A stretch of 64,000 bases of DNA from the IMG/VR virus record IMGVR_UViG_3300023179_000077, positions 13,054 through 77,053 of that record; one strand, 5' to 3'. Below the pieces are notes generated by a model. That model saw only the letters and a list, made by a program, of their open reading frames with translations. It ran no database searches and was not told where the DNA came from. The DNA is from a virus. This document shows, piece by piece, positions 20,793 through 31,150 of the stretch (position 1 is the stretch's first letter; every line of letters starts with the position of its first letter). The position numbers were made by a program, and so were the translations under genes.

Positions 20793-23700
20793 TGGACCAA
20801 TATCGTTTGGAGATATAAATGAAGAAGCTCATCTAACAAGAAATACAGCTAATACTATATTAGCAGGTGGAAGTACTCCCCAAGTCGGTTCATTAGTAAA
20901 GTTATATGAAGCTACTGTTAATCAAAGTGCACCTCACGCGTTATCTGAGTTTAGAGGAGTATATTATGATGCTGTTAGTACTACTTTAGAAGTTAAGTAT
21001 GAAACAAACTATTTTTACGCTAATATATATGATTATATAAATTCAACAACAATAACAATATCTGCTGCTTCGCTAAATGTAATTGGTTATGATGATGGCT
21101 CCTGCTCATCTCTTTCAGGAGAATCAGATACAAGTTCAAATGCTTTAGTAATAAATGGTGGTTCATTAAATGCTAATCAACCTGGTAATTATGGAATGAC
21201 TTGTAATACAACTTATTATAAATTTTCTGGTAATTTAGTAATAAACGGGACTAGTAGATATGATGGAGAACAATTCTATATAGGATCAACCTATGTTACT
21301 CTATCATTTCCGCAGTCTTGTACTCCCTATTTCTGTTAATATATTTATTGCTGCCTATATAGGCCTTAGAACACCATAGATATGGCTCAACAAATACTTA
21401 AGCTACGTCGCAGTAGCATACCCGGGAAAGTTCCTAGTACTTCTTCTTTAGATTATGGAGAAATAGCGCTTAACACGTATGACGGTATAGCATACATGAA
21501 GCGATCTGGCTCTAATGGAGATGAAATAATTGCTATAGGCGTTGGAACATCAGGTAGCTTTACTGGTTCGTTTTTTGGTACTTCAAGTTGGGCCTACAAT
21601 GCAATATCTGCTGCTTACGCAGCAACCGCATCATCAGCTGATAATTTTACTGTTAGAGGTACACTTACCGCACAAACAATAGTAGTACAAGTTATTACTT
21701 CATCACAAGAATTAATAACTGGTTCTCTTATTGTTAATGGTCCTTTAACTGTTAATGGTGGAATAACAGGTTCATTACAAGGTACATCAAGTTGGGCTAA
21801 TAATGCTGTACAAGCAATAAATGCTGCTACTGCCTCTAATATATTAGGTGGTACTGCAACATATATACCTTTCTTTAAAACTAATACTACATTAGGCAAT
21901 AGCACAATGTATCAGATTAGTAATAGTTTTAGCACAACAAGCATTGCTATTAATGAAACTAATATCACTTCAGCTAATCCTGAAGCATTATATGTGTTTC
22001 AGACACATCCAACATCAATAAATGTATTAACAGGTAAAGGTAACTTAAATAACTATTTACAAAATAATATACAAAACACCAATCAAGGAGTTAGTGCTTC
22101 ATCTGATGTAGTTGCCACTGCAAATAACGGTAATGAAGATACCAACTACATTGATATGGGTATTAATAGCCAAAACTATAGTGCTGGTTTTATTGGTGAA
22201 GCTAATGATGCTTATTTATATTCAATAGCAAATAATTTACATATTGGTAATGCTAATGATAATGGTACTCATGTTGGTTTCTTTGTTGGAGGAACTGATG
22301 TAGAAGCATATAATAAATTACAATTAAGTCCCAACAACCAGCATAAAATGTCTGGTTCATTAGATATAAGCGGTAGTTTAACTATTAATAATGGTATTAC
22401 TGGATCTTTATTTGGAACTGCGAGTTGGGCTATAAATGCTTTAACAGCTTCCTATGCTGCAAACGTACCTGCAACAGCATCATATGCATTACAAGCATTA
22501 AGTGCATCATTTGCATCAACAGCTTCCTATGCTGCAAACGTACCTGCAACAGCATCATATGCATTACAAGCATTAAGTGCATCAAACGCATTAACAGCAT
22601 CTTATGCTTTAAATGCTCAAGGATCAGGATTCCCATATACTGGATCTGCAATAATAACTGGTAGTTTAATAGTAACTGGTTCTGTAAATGCAAGTTTAGG
22701 CTTTACTGGATCGTTATTTGGCACTGCATCATGGGCTGTTAGTGCATCACAAGCATTAACTGCTAGTTATGTGTTAAATGCAGTATCTGCTTCGTTTGCT
22801 ACATCAGCATCTAGAGCAGTAACAGCATCACTTGCTACAACAGCATCATATGTACTAAATGCTGTTAGTGCATCGTTTGCTACCACTGCTAGCTATGTAC
22901 TTAACGCTGTTAGTGCATCGTTCGCTACTACATCTTCATATGTACTAAATGCTATTAGTGCATCGTTTGCTTCTACTGCTTCATCTGTCAACCAGCTTAA
23001 CCAAGCAGTAGTAATATCAGGATCATTAACAGTAACTGGAAGTTCAGGTACAACACTACTTGTTTCAAACGCTGACACTTTAACGTTTACTGGCTCTATA
23101 TTCACAAGCGGTTCTATTGTATCAACAGGTAGTTTAAGTATAACTAGTATAACTAGTTCATTATTTGGAACAGCATCATGGGCAAATAATGCTATATCAG
23201 CATCATATGCATTATCTGCTTCGCAAGCACAAAATGCTGTAACTGCCTCTTATATACTCAATGCTGTTAGTGCCTCATTCGCTGCTACAGCATCATCAGC
23301 AGACAACTTTACAGTTAGAAATACACTTACTGCTCAAACTATAGTAGTACAAACCATCACTTCATCAGTTGATTTTGTTACTGGTTCTACTCGTTTTGGT
23401 ACTTTACTATCAAATACACATCAATTTACTGGATCAGTAAGTATAACAGGTAGTTTAAATGTAGTTGGAGCTGGAATAACAAGTTCATTATTTGGAACTG
23501 CTAGTTGGGCTAATAATGCTATAAGTTCATCATATGCTGTAAGTGCATCACAAGCTCAAAATGCTGTAACAGCATCTTACGCATTAACAGCTTCTTATGC
23601 TTCTAACGTACCTGCTACTTCATCATATGCTTTACAAGCATTAAGTGCATCGTATGCCAATAATGCAGTAACAGCATCTTATGTATTAAATACAGTTAGT

Positions 23701-26700
23701 GCTTCGTATGCTTCAACTTCATCTTTACCTTTAGAAGGTATAGTAACCGCTTCGGTTGCCGGTTCAACAATAACATTCACTAAAGGTAATAGCAGTACTT
23801 TTAATGTTACTATAGCAACAGCTACTGCTGAAACGGCATCATATGTTACTTCATCTAATGTTGATGGTCCTTATGGAAAAAATAGCATATTAAGCGCTTC
23901 GTATGCTGTCACGGCATCATATACTGTATCTGCTTCATATGCTACTAGTGCATCACAAGCATATAATGCTACTACAGCATCATATGTACTAAATGCAATA
24001 AGTGCATCTTATGCTACTAGTGCTTCTTACGCTGTATCTGCATCACAAGCTCAAAATGCAACAACTGCAAGCTATACATTAAACGCAGTTAGTGCATCAT
24101 ATGCTCAAACAGCATCTTATGCTACAAACATTACAATATCAGGATCAATCACTGGAGTTGATTATATTAATTTTGATACTACAGCTTCATTTGCTGCTGC
24201 TGTTGGTAGATTAGGATATGACAATGGTGAAGGTACTTTAACTTTAGGACTACAAGGCGGAAATGTTACTTTAAAAATTGGAAATGATTTATACCAATAC
24301 GTCTATAATAATACAACATCATCATTAACATTAGGTCAAGTAGTTTACATTTCAGGATCGCAAGGTAATAGAATAGCAGTTAAACTAGCTTCTGCAACTG
24401 CAGAACAAGGTTCAGCAAATACATTAGGATTTGTAGCTGAAACTATTGCTGCTGGTGCTGAAGGTTGGGTAATGACTGAAGGTACTTTAAGAAAATTAAA
24501 TACTACTGGATTAATAGGAGGACAATTAATATACTTAGATGTTATACCTGGTGCTTATACTCAAACACCTCCTGTAGCTCCTGCTCACGGAGTAAGATTA
24601 GGATACGCTGAAAGAATAAGTGCTACTGTAGGATCTATCTATGTAAAAATAGATAATGGATATGAATTAGGAGAATTACATAATGTAGTTGATTCTACTA
24701 CAACGTCTTCATTTGGGGATTTACTTGTTATAAGTGGTAGTGTTTGGATAAATTCAAAACAACTAACTGGATCTTACGGATTAACAGGTTCGTTAAGTGC
24801 TACATCATTTACTGGTAGTTTATTTGGAACATCAAGCTGGGCGAACAATGTAATTAGTGCTTCTTATGTTTCAAATGCTGGTTTATTAAATGGAACTTCA
24901 TCTGCTGTTTTTGCTACTACTGGTTCAAATAATTTTATAGGAATTGAAAATATAACAGGTAGTTTAAACGTATCAGGTTCTCAATCGTTTATAGGAACTT
25001 CTATTAGTGTAGGAAACCAAATAGTTACTGGTAGTTTAATTACTAGTGGCTCTAACACATTAATAGGAAATACTAGTCTTACTGGATCTGTAAATATATC
25101 TGGTTCTACAACACAAGTTGGAAATAATAATTTACTTGGTAGTACTACTTTATCAGGTAGTGTTGTTGTGTCTGGATCTCTTAATGCTTCTGCTAATCTT
25201 ACATTACAAGGTCATTTAAGATTAGATCCAGGACAAGATCCAGGCAATAATAACTTCACAGCATCTTACTTGTTTACGTCTGCTTCTAATACAAATACTG
25301 GCTATGATTTATATTATCGTCAAGATGGTAACTTAATCAAGTTCAAATGGTTAGAAGGTGGGTTAAGTTCAGGTATATTATATGGAGGAACAATTTCTTA
25401 TAGCGGCAGTGTAATATATGTTAAAAAAGGTACAGGCATCATTAATAACATGAATGCTACTACCAGTTCAGAAATTAACCCAATTCTTACATATGTTAGT
25501 TGGAATGATTATACCTCGTCTGCTCAATATATTACATCATCTCAAATTACTTATCTATATGTTAATCCATCAGGAAGTATAGTTCAACAAACTTCTTACT
25601 TTGATCAAACACAGTATGAACAAGCTCTGCCTTTAGGATTAGTTGTTCATCCAAACTATACTACTATTACTTCACAAGAAAGTAGCGTTCAAACTACATA
25701 TGATAGTGATACTCAACAAAATGATTTTATTAGAGCATTTGGTCCTATAAAAGTAAATGGATTTACTCCTTCTGGTCAAACTGGTTCTTTAAGAATTAAT
25801 ATTGGAAGCGGTACTGCATTTACTTTAGGAGGATTTTACAGTCAAAATCAAAACAGTCCTTCACACTATACAGCGACTGCTGCAACTACTGCTTCTCTAG
25901 CTAGAGCTTACAGAACAGGCTCAGGAGTATACTTAGACAGTAATAATAATGCTTATTATACTGTTATTGATCCTTCAAAGTATGATAATGGAAATGGATT
26001 ATCAAACGTAGCTGGAACTAATGCTACTATACAACGTATATTCTATAATCCTGTAGATAAACGAGCAGTAGTTTATTATGGTCAGAACACATATAGCTCA
26101 TTAGCAAACGCATTAACTGCTTTACCATCAGATAGTTTCACAGAAGGAGAATTTACAGCTAAAGCATTACTTTTTGTTGGTTATATAATAGTACAAGGTA
26201 ATGCTAGTGATCTATCCAATACCGGTCAAGCACTTTTCATTCAAGCAGGTGTATTCCGAAATACAGCTGGTGGTTCTTCTGGTGGAGGAGCTATAGCCCA
26301 ATCATTAGACGATTTATCAGATGTAACTATTACTACCCCAACAAATGGACAAGCACTAATATATCAAGGTGGTGTATGGGTAAATGGTACACCTCTAAAT
26401 GCAACTTCTGCTTCATTTGCTACATCTGCTTCTCAAGCACAAAATGCTGTGACAGCATCATATATAATAAACGCGGTTAGTGCATCATATACTTTATCCG
26501 CTTCAAATGCTCAAACAGCATCTTATGTTTTAAACGCTATCAGTTCTTCATTCGCTACTAGCGCATCGTATGCATTATCAGCTTCACAAGCCCAAAATGC
26601 GGTATCTGCTAGCTATGTACTAAATGCTATTAGTGCATCATTCGCTACTAGTGCATCATACGCATTATCAGCATCACAAGCACAAAACACAGTAACAGCT

Positions 26701-26964
26701 AGCTATATATTAAACGCTGTTAGTGCATCATATGCCGCTACCGCTTCATCAGCAGACAATTTCTTAGTAAGAAGTACATTAACTGCTCAAACATTAATAG
26801 TTCAAACTATTACTTCAAGCACTGACTTTGTAACTGGTTCATCTCGTTTTGGTACACTGTTTAGTAATACTCATCAGTTCACAGGCAGTGTAAGTATAAC
26901 TGGATCATTAAACGTTGCTGGAGCCGGAATAACAGGATCATTGTTTGGAACGGCATCGTGGGCA
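17211..26964 (+). repeat. Six 213-nt (71-aa) module copies ADNF.VR.TLT...GITGSLFGT.SWA shared between two fibre genes
   Basis: Copies at 17211-17423, 17859-18071, 18426-18638, 19395-19607, 23299-23511, 26752-26964; partial copies near 21637, 29680 and 31742. Confidence 0.9.
20776..21339 (+). CDS. Putative fibre-tip/adhesin protein
   Basis: LP.NGPIS..DI..E...PHALSEF.G N-terminal motif; overlaps the end of the S74 fibre gene. Confidence 0.5.
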   Translation: MPLPSNGPISFGDINEEAHLTRNTANTILAGGSTPQVGSLVKLYEATVNQSAPHALSEFRGVYYDAVSTTLEVKYETNYFYANIYDYINSTTITISAASLNVIGYDDGSCSSLSGESDTSSNALVINGGSLNANQPGNYGMTCNTTYYKFSGNLVINGTSRYDGEQFYIGSTYVTLSFPQSCTPYFC

Positions 26965-29900
26965 AGTAATGCAACCACTGCAAGTTATATATTAAACGCA
27001 GTTAGTGCTTCGTTTGCTAGCACGGCTTCTAATGTGTTAGGAGGAGCTACTAATTATATTCCACTATGGAACGGAGCTACTACGTTGAGTAGCAGTGTAA
27101 TATATCAGAGCAGTGGAAACGTTCTTATTGGTACTACAACAGATAATGGATACAAATTGAGTGTCCAAGGAGGAGATGTTACTATACAATCTGGTCGTAC
27201 ATTGGATTGGGGTTTTGGAAACATGCGTATAATAAATAGTACGTACGACATGGTGTTCCAAACCTACAATGGCGCATCTACTGCTGAAGCGATGCGTATA
27301 AAGGGATCTGGAAATGTAGGTATTGGTACTTCTGCTCCATCAGCAAAACTTCACGTATCTGGTTCTAATACTGACTCACTATTACTGTTAGCATCTCCCG
27401 GCGCTACGAGTGCTTTGTTTGTAAGTGGTAGTGGTAATGTAGGTATAGGTACTACGAGTCCTGCAGCTTTTGCTAATTATACAACTACAACGATTGATGG
27501 AACTTTAGGTTCTGTCATCCAGTTTCGACGTGCTACTGTTGACGGTTTGCAAATTGCAATAGACGCAAATAAGACTCAATTTCTTGAGCAACGCGCATTA
27601 AGAATGGCCTTCGGTACTAACAACACCGAAAGGATGAATATTTTAGCTAACGGTAATGTCCGTATTGCAGCAAATGCTACAGATTCAGGAGAGCTTTTTC
27701 AAGTTGATGGAACAGCAAGAGTAACGCAGGATGCTTATTTTGCAACGACATCAGGTGGCATATCCATTGGTTCAACCTCTACTGGTGGGGCAAAACTCAA
27801 TATAGTAAATGGTGACTTTCAAATGTCGCCTACATATAAACTAACATTAGCATCAACTACCGGGCAAATATATTTAAGGGCAACTTCAGGTACAGGTGAC
27901 TTGCAAATGTTCACCAACTTCACTGAACGTATGCGCATCACATCCGCTGGTGATGTCGGCATCGGCACCACATCCCCTAACGCAAGACTCGACGTAAGCG
28001 GCAGCACAATAATATCAGGTTCCTTCACAGTAGCTCCAAGCAATGCCATAGAACTACAGGTGACTAGCACAGGAACAAAAATAGGCAACGTTATAACAGA
28101 TACTCACACCGTAACAGGTAGTTTAGGAGTGAGTGGTAGTGTAACTGCAACTAGCTTTACAGGTTCTCTATTCGGAACCTCATCTTGGGCAAGTAACGCC
28201 GTAAGTGCTTCGTTTGCTAGCACGGCTTCTAATGTATTAGGAGGAGCTACTAGTTATATTCCGTTATGGAACGAAGCTACTACGTTGAGTAGTAGTGTAA
28301 TATATCAGAGTGGTAGTAACATAGGAATTGGAACTACAACTCCAGCAGAAAAATTAAGAGTTAATGGAACATTTTCAAGCAACGCTTTATGGACAGATAA
28401 TACAACAATATCATATTGGGGAAATTATCCAACACCATACGGAGGTTTTACTTGGGATACTGGATATGCTACAATATACGCTATTGCAGGAAATATATTA
28501 AGATTGGGTTCTAACGGAGCTAGTCCTGATATGACTATAGATTTATCAGGAAATGTAGGAATAAATACTACTTTACCAACAGCTAGACTACACGTTTCTG
28601 GTTCAAGTGCAGACTCTTTATTGCTATTATCATCTCCTGGAGTTACAAACGCATTGTTTGTGAGTGGTAGTGGAAACGTTGGTATTGGAACAACTACTCC
28701 TGGAGATGCTTTGCAAATAACTAAATCAAATCCGTACATAATAATGACGGGCGATGATGCAAGTTATACGAATGCTGGTATACAAATGATTGCCAACGGT
28801 GCATCTAACCAAAGAGCTTTGGGAATATTTATGTTCCAATCTGTTGCAGGACATGAGTGGTTTATGGGTCAACCTTATGCAGGAGCAGATAGTTTTGTTA
28901 TCAATCGAAGAGTAACAAGTACGCCATCATCGCAATCAAATCCGAAAGGTATTGGCGCGTCTACAGGAACAGTATTTATCGTAACCTCATCAGGTAGTGT
29001 TGGTATCGGCACTACGAATCCGCAAGGAAAATTACATGTTAATGGAGGAGATGTCTTTTTTGGAGATGAAACCAATGTAGCAACAAATATAAGATTAAGA
29101 AGAAATGGAGCTACTGTTGGCTCAATCGGTACATACAATTCACAACTTGAATTATGTGGTGGTAGTTCGATTGGAGCATCTCATATGGTTATTACCTCTA
29201 CTGGTAATGTTGGTATTGGAATAAATGCTCCTACAGCAAAACTTCATGTTTCAGGCAGTACAACAACTAATTTATTAGTTGGGACTAATGACTTGTTTGT
29301 AAGTGCGAGTGGGAATATAGGAATAGGAGAAACAAACCCAACAAGTAAATTAGTAATAAAAGATCTTTCAACATCAGTATTTCAGGCTATAAATGCAGGA
29401 GTAGGTAGTACAGCAGGAATATCATTTCAAAACAACAGCGTTGAACAACTAATAGTTCGTTCAAGAGGTGATATAAGCCGCAGTACAATATATTCGCAAG
29501 TATGGGATTTTGAATTAGGAACTAATGCTGATAAAAATTTACTTTTATATACTAATGGTCAAGAGCGCGTAAGAATAAATAATGGAGGAAATGTCGGCAT
29601 CGGCACCACCACCCCCAACGCCAAACTCGACGTTAACGGCAACGCAATAGTGACCGGTTCTCTTACCGTCACCGGTACAATCACTGCTCAAACGCTAGTA
29701 GTACAAACTATTACTTCATCAATAGACTTCGTAACAGGTTCGTCTCGCTTCGGTACTCTACAAAGCAACACACATCAATTTACAGGTAGCGTAAGCATAA
29801 CTGGATCATTAAATGTAACTGGAGCTGGAATTACCGGATCGTTGTTTGGAACTGCATCGTGGGCAAGTAATGCAATAACTGCATCTAATGCATTAACTGC

Positions 29901-30903
29901 ATCGTTTGTACAGAATGCAGTCAGTTCTTCTTTTGCTACTAGCACTGCTGCTGTAGCAGGTACAACAAACTATATAAGCAAGTTTACTAGTAACACTGCA
30001 ATTGGCAATTCACAGATATTTGACGATGGAAATAGTGTTGGCATAGGCACAGCAAGTCCTACAGCCAAGCTTGAAATTTCTAATACGTCTGCTAATATAT
30101 TATATTTATATTCTACTTCTACTACTGGTACAACAAATAATTCAAGTTTTAGAATTGGCTCGTACGATGGCACGCAAGTATCCGTTGGTACGTATCTTAC
30201 TGAACTAGCTAGTAGTTGGAATAGCTCTAATTTTGCTGGTGGGAATTTTCCTAATTCAAGTGTTTTACTTGGATCAAAAGCTAATGGTTTAGGAATTGGT
30301 GCAAGTTCAGCAACAGGAAATATACGTTTCTTCACGGGCGGTGAAACAGGAGGTAATGAACGTATGCGCATCACTTCTGGTGGTAATATCGGCATCGGTA
30401 CTACTACCCCCAACGCTAAACTCGACGTAAGTGGGAGCGCAATCATCACCGGCTCACTCACCGTCACCCAAGGCATCACCGGCTCACTCTTCGGCACCGC
30501 ATCATGGGCAAACAATACAACAAGCGCATCATACGCCGCCACAGCATCATACTCAAATAACTTCACAGTTGCAAACCAACTCATAATAGATTCTACACTC
30601 ACTGATTATACTACAGTAGCATCATCAATAGTAGGATCGAATAACTTATTCACTCAAGCAACTGGCTCATACACATCAGCATTCTTCAAATACACTGCTA
30701 CTACAGGTAGCAACAGCAGAGCTGGTGAAGTAGTAGCAGTATGGAACGGCACAACAGTACAATACTACGATAATTCAACTGTAGATATAGGTAATACAAC
30801 AGCAGTAACATCATCTGTTTCTATTGTAGGCGGTGATGTACAGTTTAATATGCAAACCAATACTTCAGGATGGAGAATAAAATCATTAGCAACGTTCATG
30901 TAA
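21382..30903 (+). CDS. Giant modular tail fibre (3173 aa)
   Basis: LKLRRS..PGKVP...LDYGEIALN..DG anchor, SAS/TAS repeats and arrays of GNVGIGT-delimited modules. Confidence 0.85.
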   Translation: MAQQILKLRRSSIPGKVPSTSSLDYGEIALNTYDGIAYMKRSGSNGDEIIAIGVGTSGSFTGSFFGTSSWAYNAISAAYAATASSADNFTVRGTLTAQTIVVQVITSSQELITGSLIVNGPLTVNGGITGSLQGTSSWANNAVQAINAATASNILGGTATYIPFFKTNTTLGNSTMYQISNSFSTTSIAINETNITSANPEALYVFQTHPTSINVLTGKGNLNNYLQNNIQNTNQGVSASSDVVATANNGNEDTNYIDMGINSQNYSAGFIGEANDAYLYSIANNLHIGNANDNGTHVGFFVGGTDVEAYNKLQLSPNNQHKMSGSLDISGSLTINNGITGSLFGTASWAINALTASYAANVPATASYALQALSASFASTASYAANVPATASYALQALSASNALTASYALNAQGSGFPYTGSAIITGSLIVTGSVNASLGFTGSLFGTASWAVSASQALTASYVLNAVSASFATSASRAVTASLATTASYVLNAVSASFATTASYVLNAVSASFATTSSYVLNAISASFASTASSVNQLNQAVVISGSLTVTGSSGTTLLVSNADTLTFTGSIFTSGSIVSTGSLSITSITSSLFGTASWANNAISASYALSASQAQNAVTASYILNAVSASFAATASSADNFTVRNTLTAQTIVVQTITSSVDFVTGSTRFGTLLSNTHQFTGSVSITGSLNVVGAGITSSLFGTASWANNAISSSYAVSASQAQNAVTASYALTASYASNVPATSSYALQALSASYANNAVTASYVLNTVSASYASTSSLPLEGIVTASVAGSTITFTKGNSSTFNVTIATATAETASYVTSSNVDGPYGKNSILSASYAVTASYTVSASYATSASQAYNATTASYVLNAISASYATSASYAVSASQAQNATTASYTLNAVSASYAQTASYATNITISGSITGVDYINFDTTASFAAAVGRLGYDNGEGTLTLGLQGGNVTLKIGNDLYQYVYNNTTSSLTLGQVVYISGSQGNRIAVKLASATAEQGSANTLGFVAETIAAGAEGWVMTEGTLRKLNTTGLIGGQLIYLDVIPGAYTQTPPVAPAHGVRLGYAERISATVGSIYVKIDNGYELGELHNVVDSTTTSSFGDLLVISGSVWINSKQLTGSYGLTGSLSATSFTGSLFGTSSWANNVISASYVSNAGLLNGTSSAVFATTGSNNFIGIENITGSLNVSGSQSFIGTSISVGNQIVTGSLITSGSNTLIGNTSLTGSVNISGSTTQVGNNNLLGSTTLSGSVVVSGSLNASANLTLQGHLRLDPGQDPGNNNFTASYLFTSASNTNTGYDLYYRQDGNLIKFKWLEGGLSSGILYGGTISYSGSVIYVKKGTGIINNMNATTSSEINPILTYVSWNDYTSSAQYITSSQITYLYVNPSGSIVQQTSYFDQTQYEQALPLGLVVHPNYTTITSQESSVQTTYDSDTQQNDFIRAFGPIKVNGFTPSGQTGSLRINIGSGTAFTLGGFYSQNQNSPSHYTATAATTASLARAYRTGSGVYLDSNNNAYYTVIDPSKYDNGNGLSNVAGTNATIQRIFYNPVDKRAVVYYGQNTYSSLANALTALPSDSFTEGEFTAKALLFVGYIIVQGNASDLSNTGQALFIQAGVFRNTAGGSSGGGAIAQSLDDLSDVTITTPTNGQALIYQGGVWVNGTPLNATSASFATSASQAQNAVTASYIINAVSASYTLSASNAQTASYVLNAISSSFATSASYALSASQAQNAVSASYVLNAISASFATSASYALSASQAQNTVTASYILNAVSASYAATASSADNFLVRSTLTAQTLIVQTITSSTDFVTGSSRFGTLFSNTHQFTGSVSITGSLNVAGAGITGSLFGTASWASNATTASYILNAVSASFASTASNVLGGATNYIPLWNGATTLSSSVIYQSSGNVLIGTTTDNGYKLSVQGGDVTIQSGRTLDWGFGNMRIINSTYDMVFQTYNGASTAEAMRIKGSGNVGIGTSAPSAKLHVSGSNTDSLLLLASPGATSALFVSGSGNVGIGTTSPAAFANYTTTTIDGTLGSVIQFRRATVDGLQIAIDANKTQFLEQRALRMAFGTNNTERMNILANGNVRIAANATDSGELFQVDGTARVTQDAYFATTSGGISIGSTSTGGAKLNIVNGDFQMSPTYKLTLASTTGQIYLRATSGTGDLQMFTNFTERMRITSAGDVGIGTTSPNARLDVSGSTIISGSFTVAPSNAIELQVTSTGTKIGNVITDTHTVTGSLGVSGSVTATSFTGSLFGTSSWASNAVSASFASTASNVLGGATSYIPLWNEATTLSSSVIYQSGSNIGIGTTTPAEKLRVNGTFSSNALWTDNTTISYWGNYPTPYGGFTWDTGYATIYAIAGNILRLGSNGASPDMTIDLSGNVGINTTLPTARLHVSGSSADSLLLLSSPGVTNALFVSGSGNVGIGTTTPGDALQITKSNPYIIMTGDDASYTNAGIQMIANGASNQRALGIFMFQSVAGHEWFMGQPYAGADSFVINRRVTSTPSSQSNPKGIGASTGTVFIVTSSGSVGIGTTNPQGKLHVNGGDVFFGDETNVATNIRLRRNGATVGSIGTYNSQLELCGGSSIGASHMVITSTGNVGIGINAPTAKLHVSGSTTTNLLVGTNDLFVSASGNIGIGETNPTSKLVIKDLSTSVFQAINAGVGSTAGISFQNNSVEQLIVRSRGDISRSTIYSQVWDFELGTNADKNLLLYTNGQERVRINNGGNVGIGTTTPNAKLDVNGNAIVTGSLTVTGTITAQTLVVQTITSSIDFVTGSSRFGTLQSNTHQFTGSVSITGSLNVTGAGITGSLFGTASWASNAITASNALTASFVQNAVSSSFATSTAAVAGTTNYISKFTSNTAIGNSQIFDDGNSVGIGTASPTAKLEISNTSANILYLYSTSTTGTTNNSSFRIGSYDGTQVSVGTYLTELASSWNSSNFAGGNFPNSSVLLGSKANGLGIGASSATGNIRFFTGGETGGNERMRITSGGNIGIGTTTPNAKLDVSGSAIITGSLTVTQGITGSLFGTASWANNTTSASYAATASYSNNFTVANQLIIDSTLTDYTTVASSIVGSNNLFTQATGSYTSAFFKYTATTGSNSRAGEVVAVWNGTTVQYYDNSTVDIGNTTAVTSSVSIVGGDVQFNMQTNTSGWRIKSLATFM

Positions 30904-30916
30904 AAAATAAAATAAT

Positions 30917-31099
30917 ATGTTTAAAGTAGAAATGCAATTTATTCCAGGAAACAGTCAGATGTGGGTCCTCAAACTAAATCCAGACGATCCCATTTACGAA
31001 TACGACAACGAAGCTGAAGCACAAGCTAAAGCAGAAGAACTTCAAGCAGCAGACTCAACAGGCAGGTTGTATCGTGTATCGACTGTTATGGCTGTTTAA
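30917..31099 (+). CDS. Small hypothetical protein, possibly a fibre accessory
   Basis: 60-aa ORF with A-rich leader between fibre genes. Confidence 0.5.
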   Translation: MFKVEMQFIPGNSQMWVLKLNPDDPIYEYDNEAEAQAKAEELQAADSTGRLYRVSTVMAV

Positions 31100-31117
31100 T
31101 ATTTATTGTAAACCCCC

Positions 31118-31141
31118 TTCCTAGGGAGAGTGAACTAGGAA
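31118..31141 (+). promoter_or_regulatory. 5'UTR hairpin with purine-rich loop
   Basis: TTCCTAG-GGAGAGTGAA-CTAGGAA between late motif 31099 and ATG 31151. Confidence 0.45.
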
Positions 31142-31150
31142 ACAAGTATA

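Noticed and set aside
29970-30602. 210-aa minus-strand ORF, and other antisense ORFs in the track
   Set aside because: These are shadows of + strand genes with biased codons; they show no recognisable motifs or expression signals.
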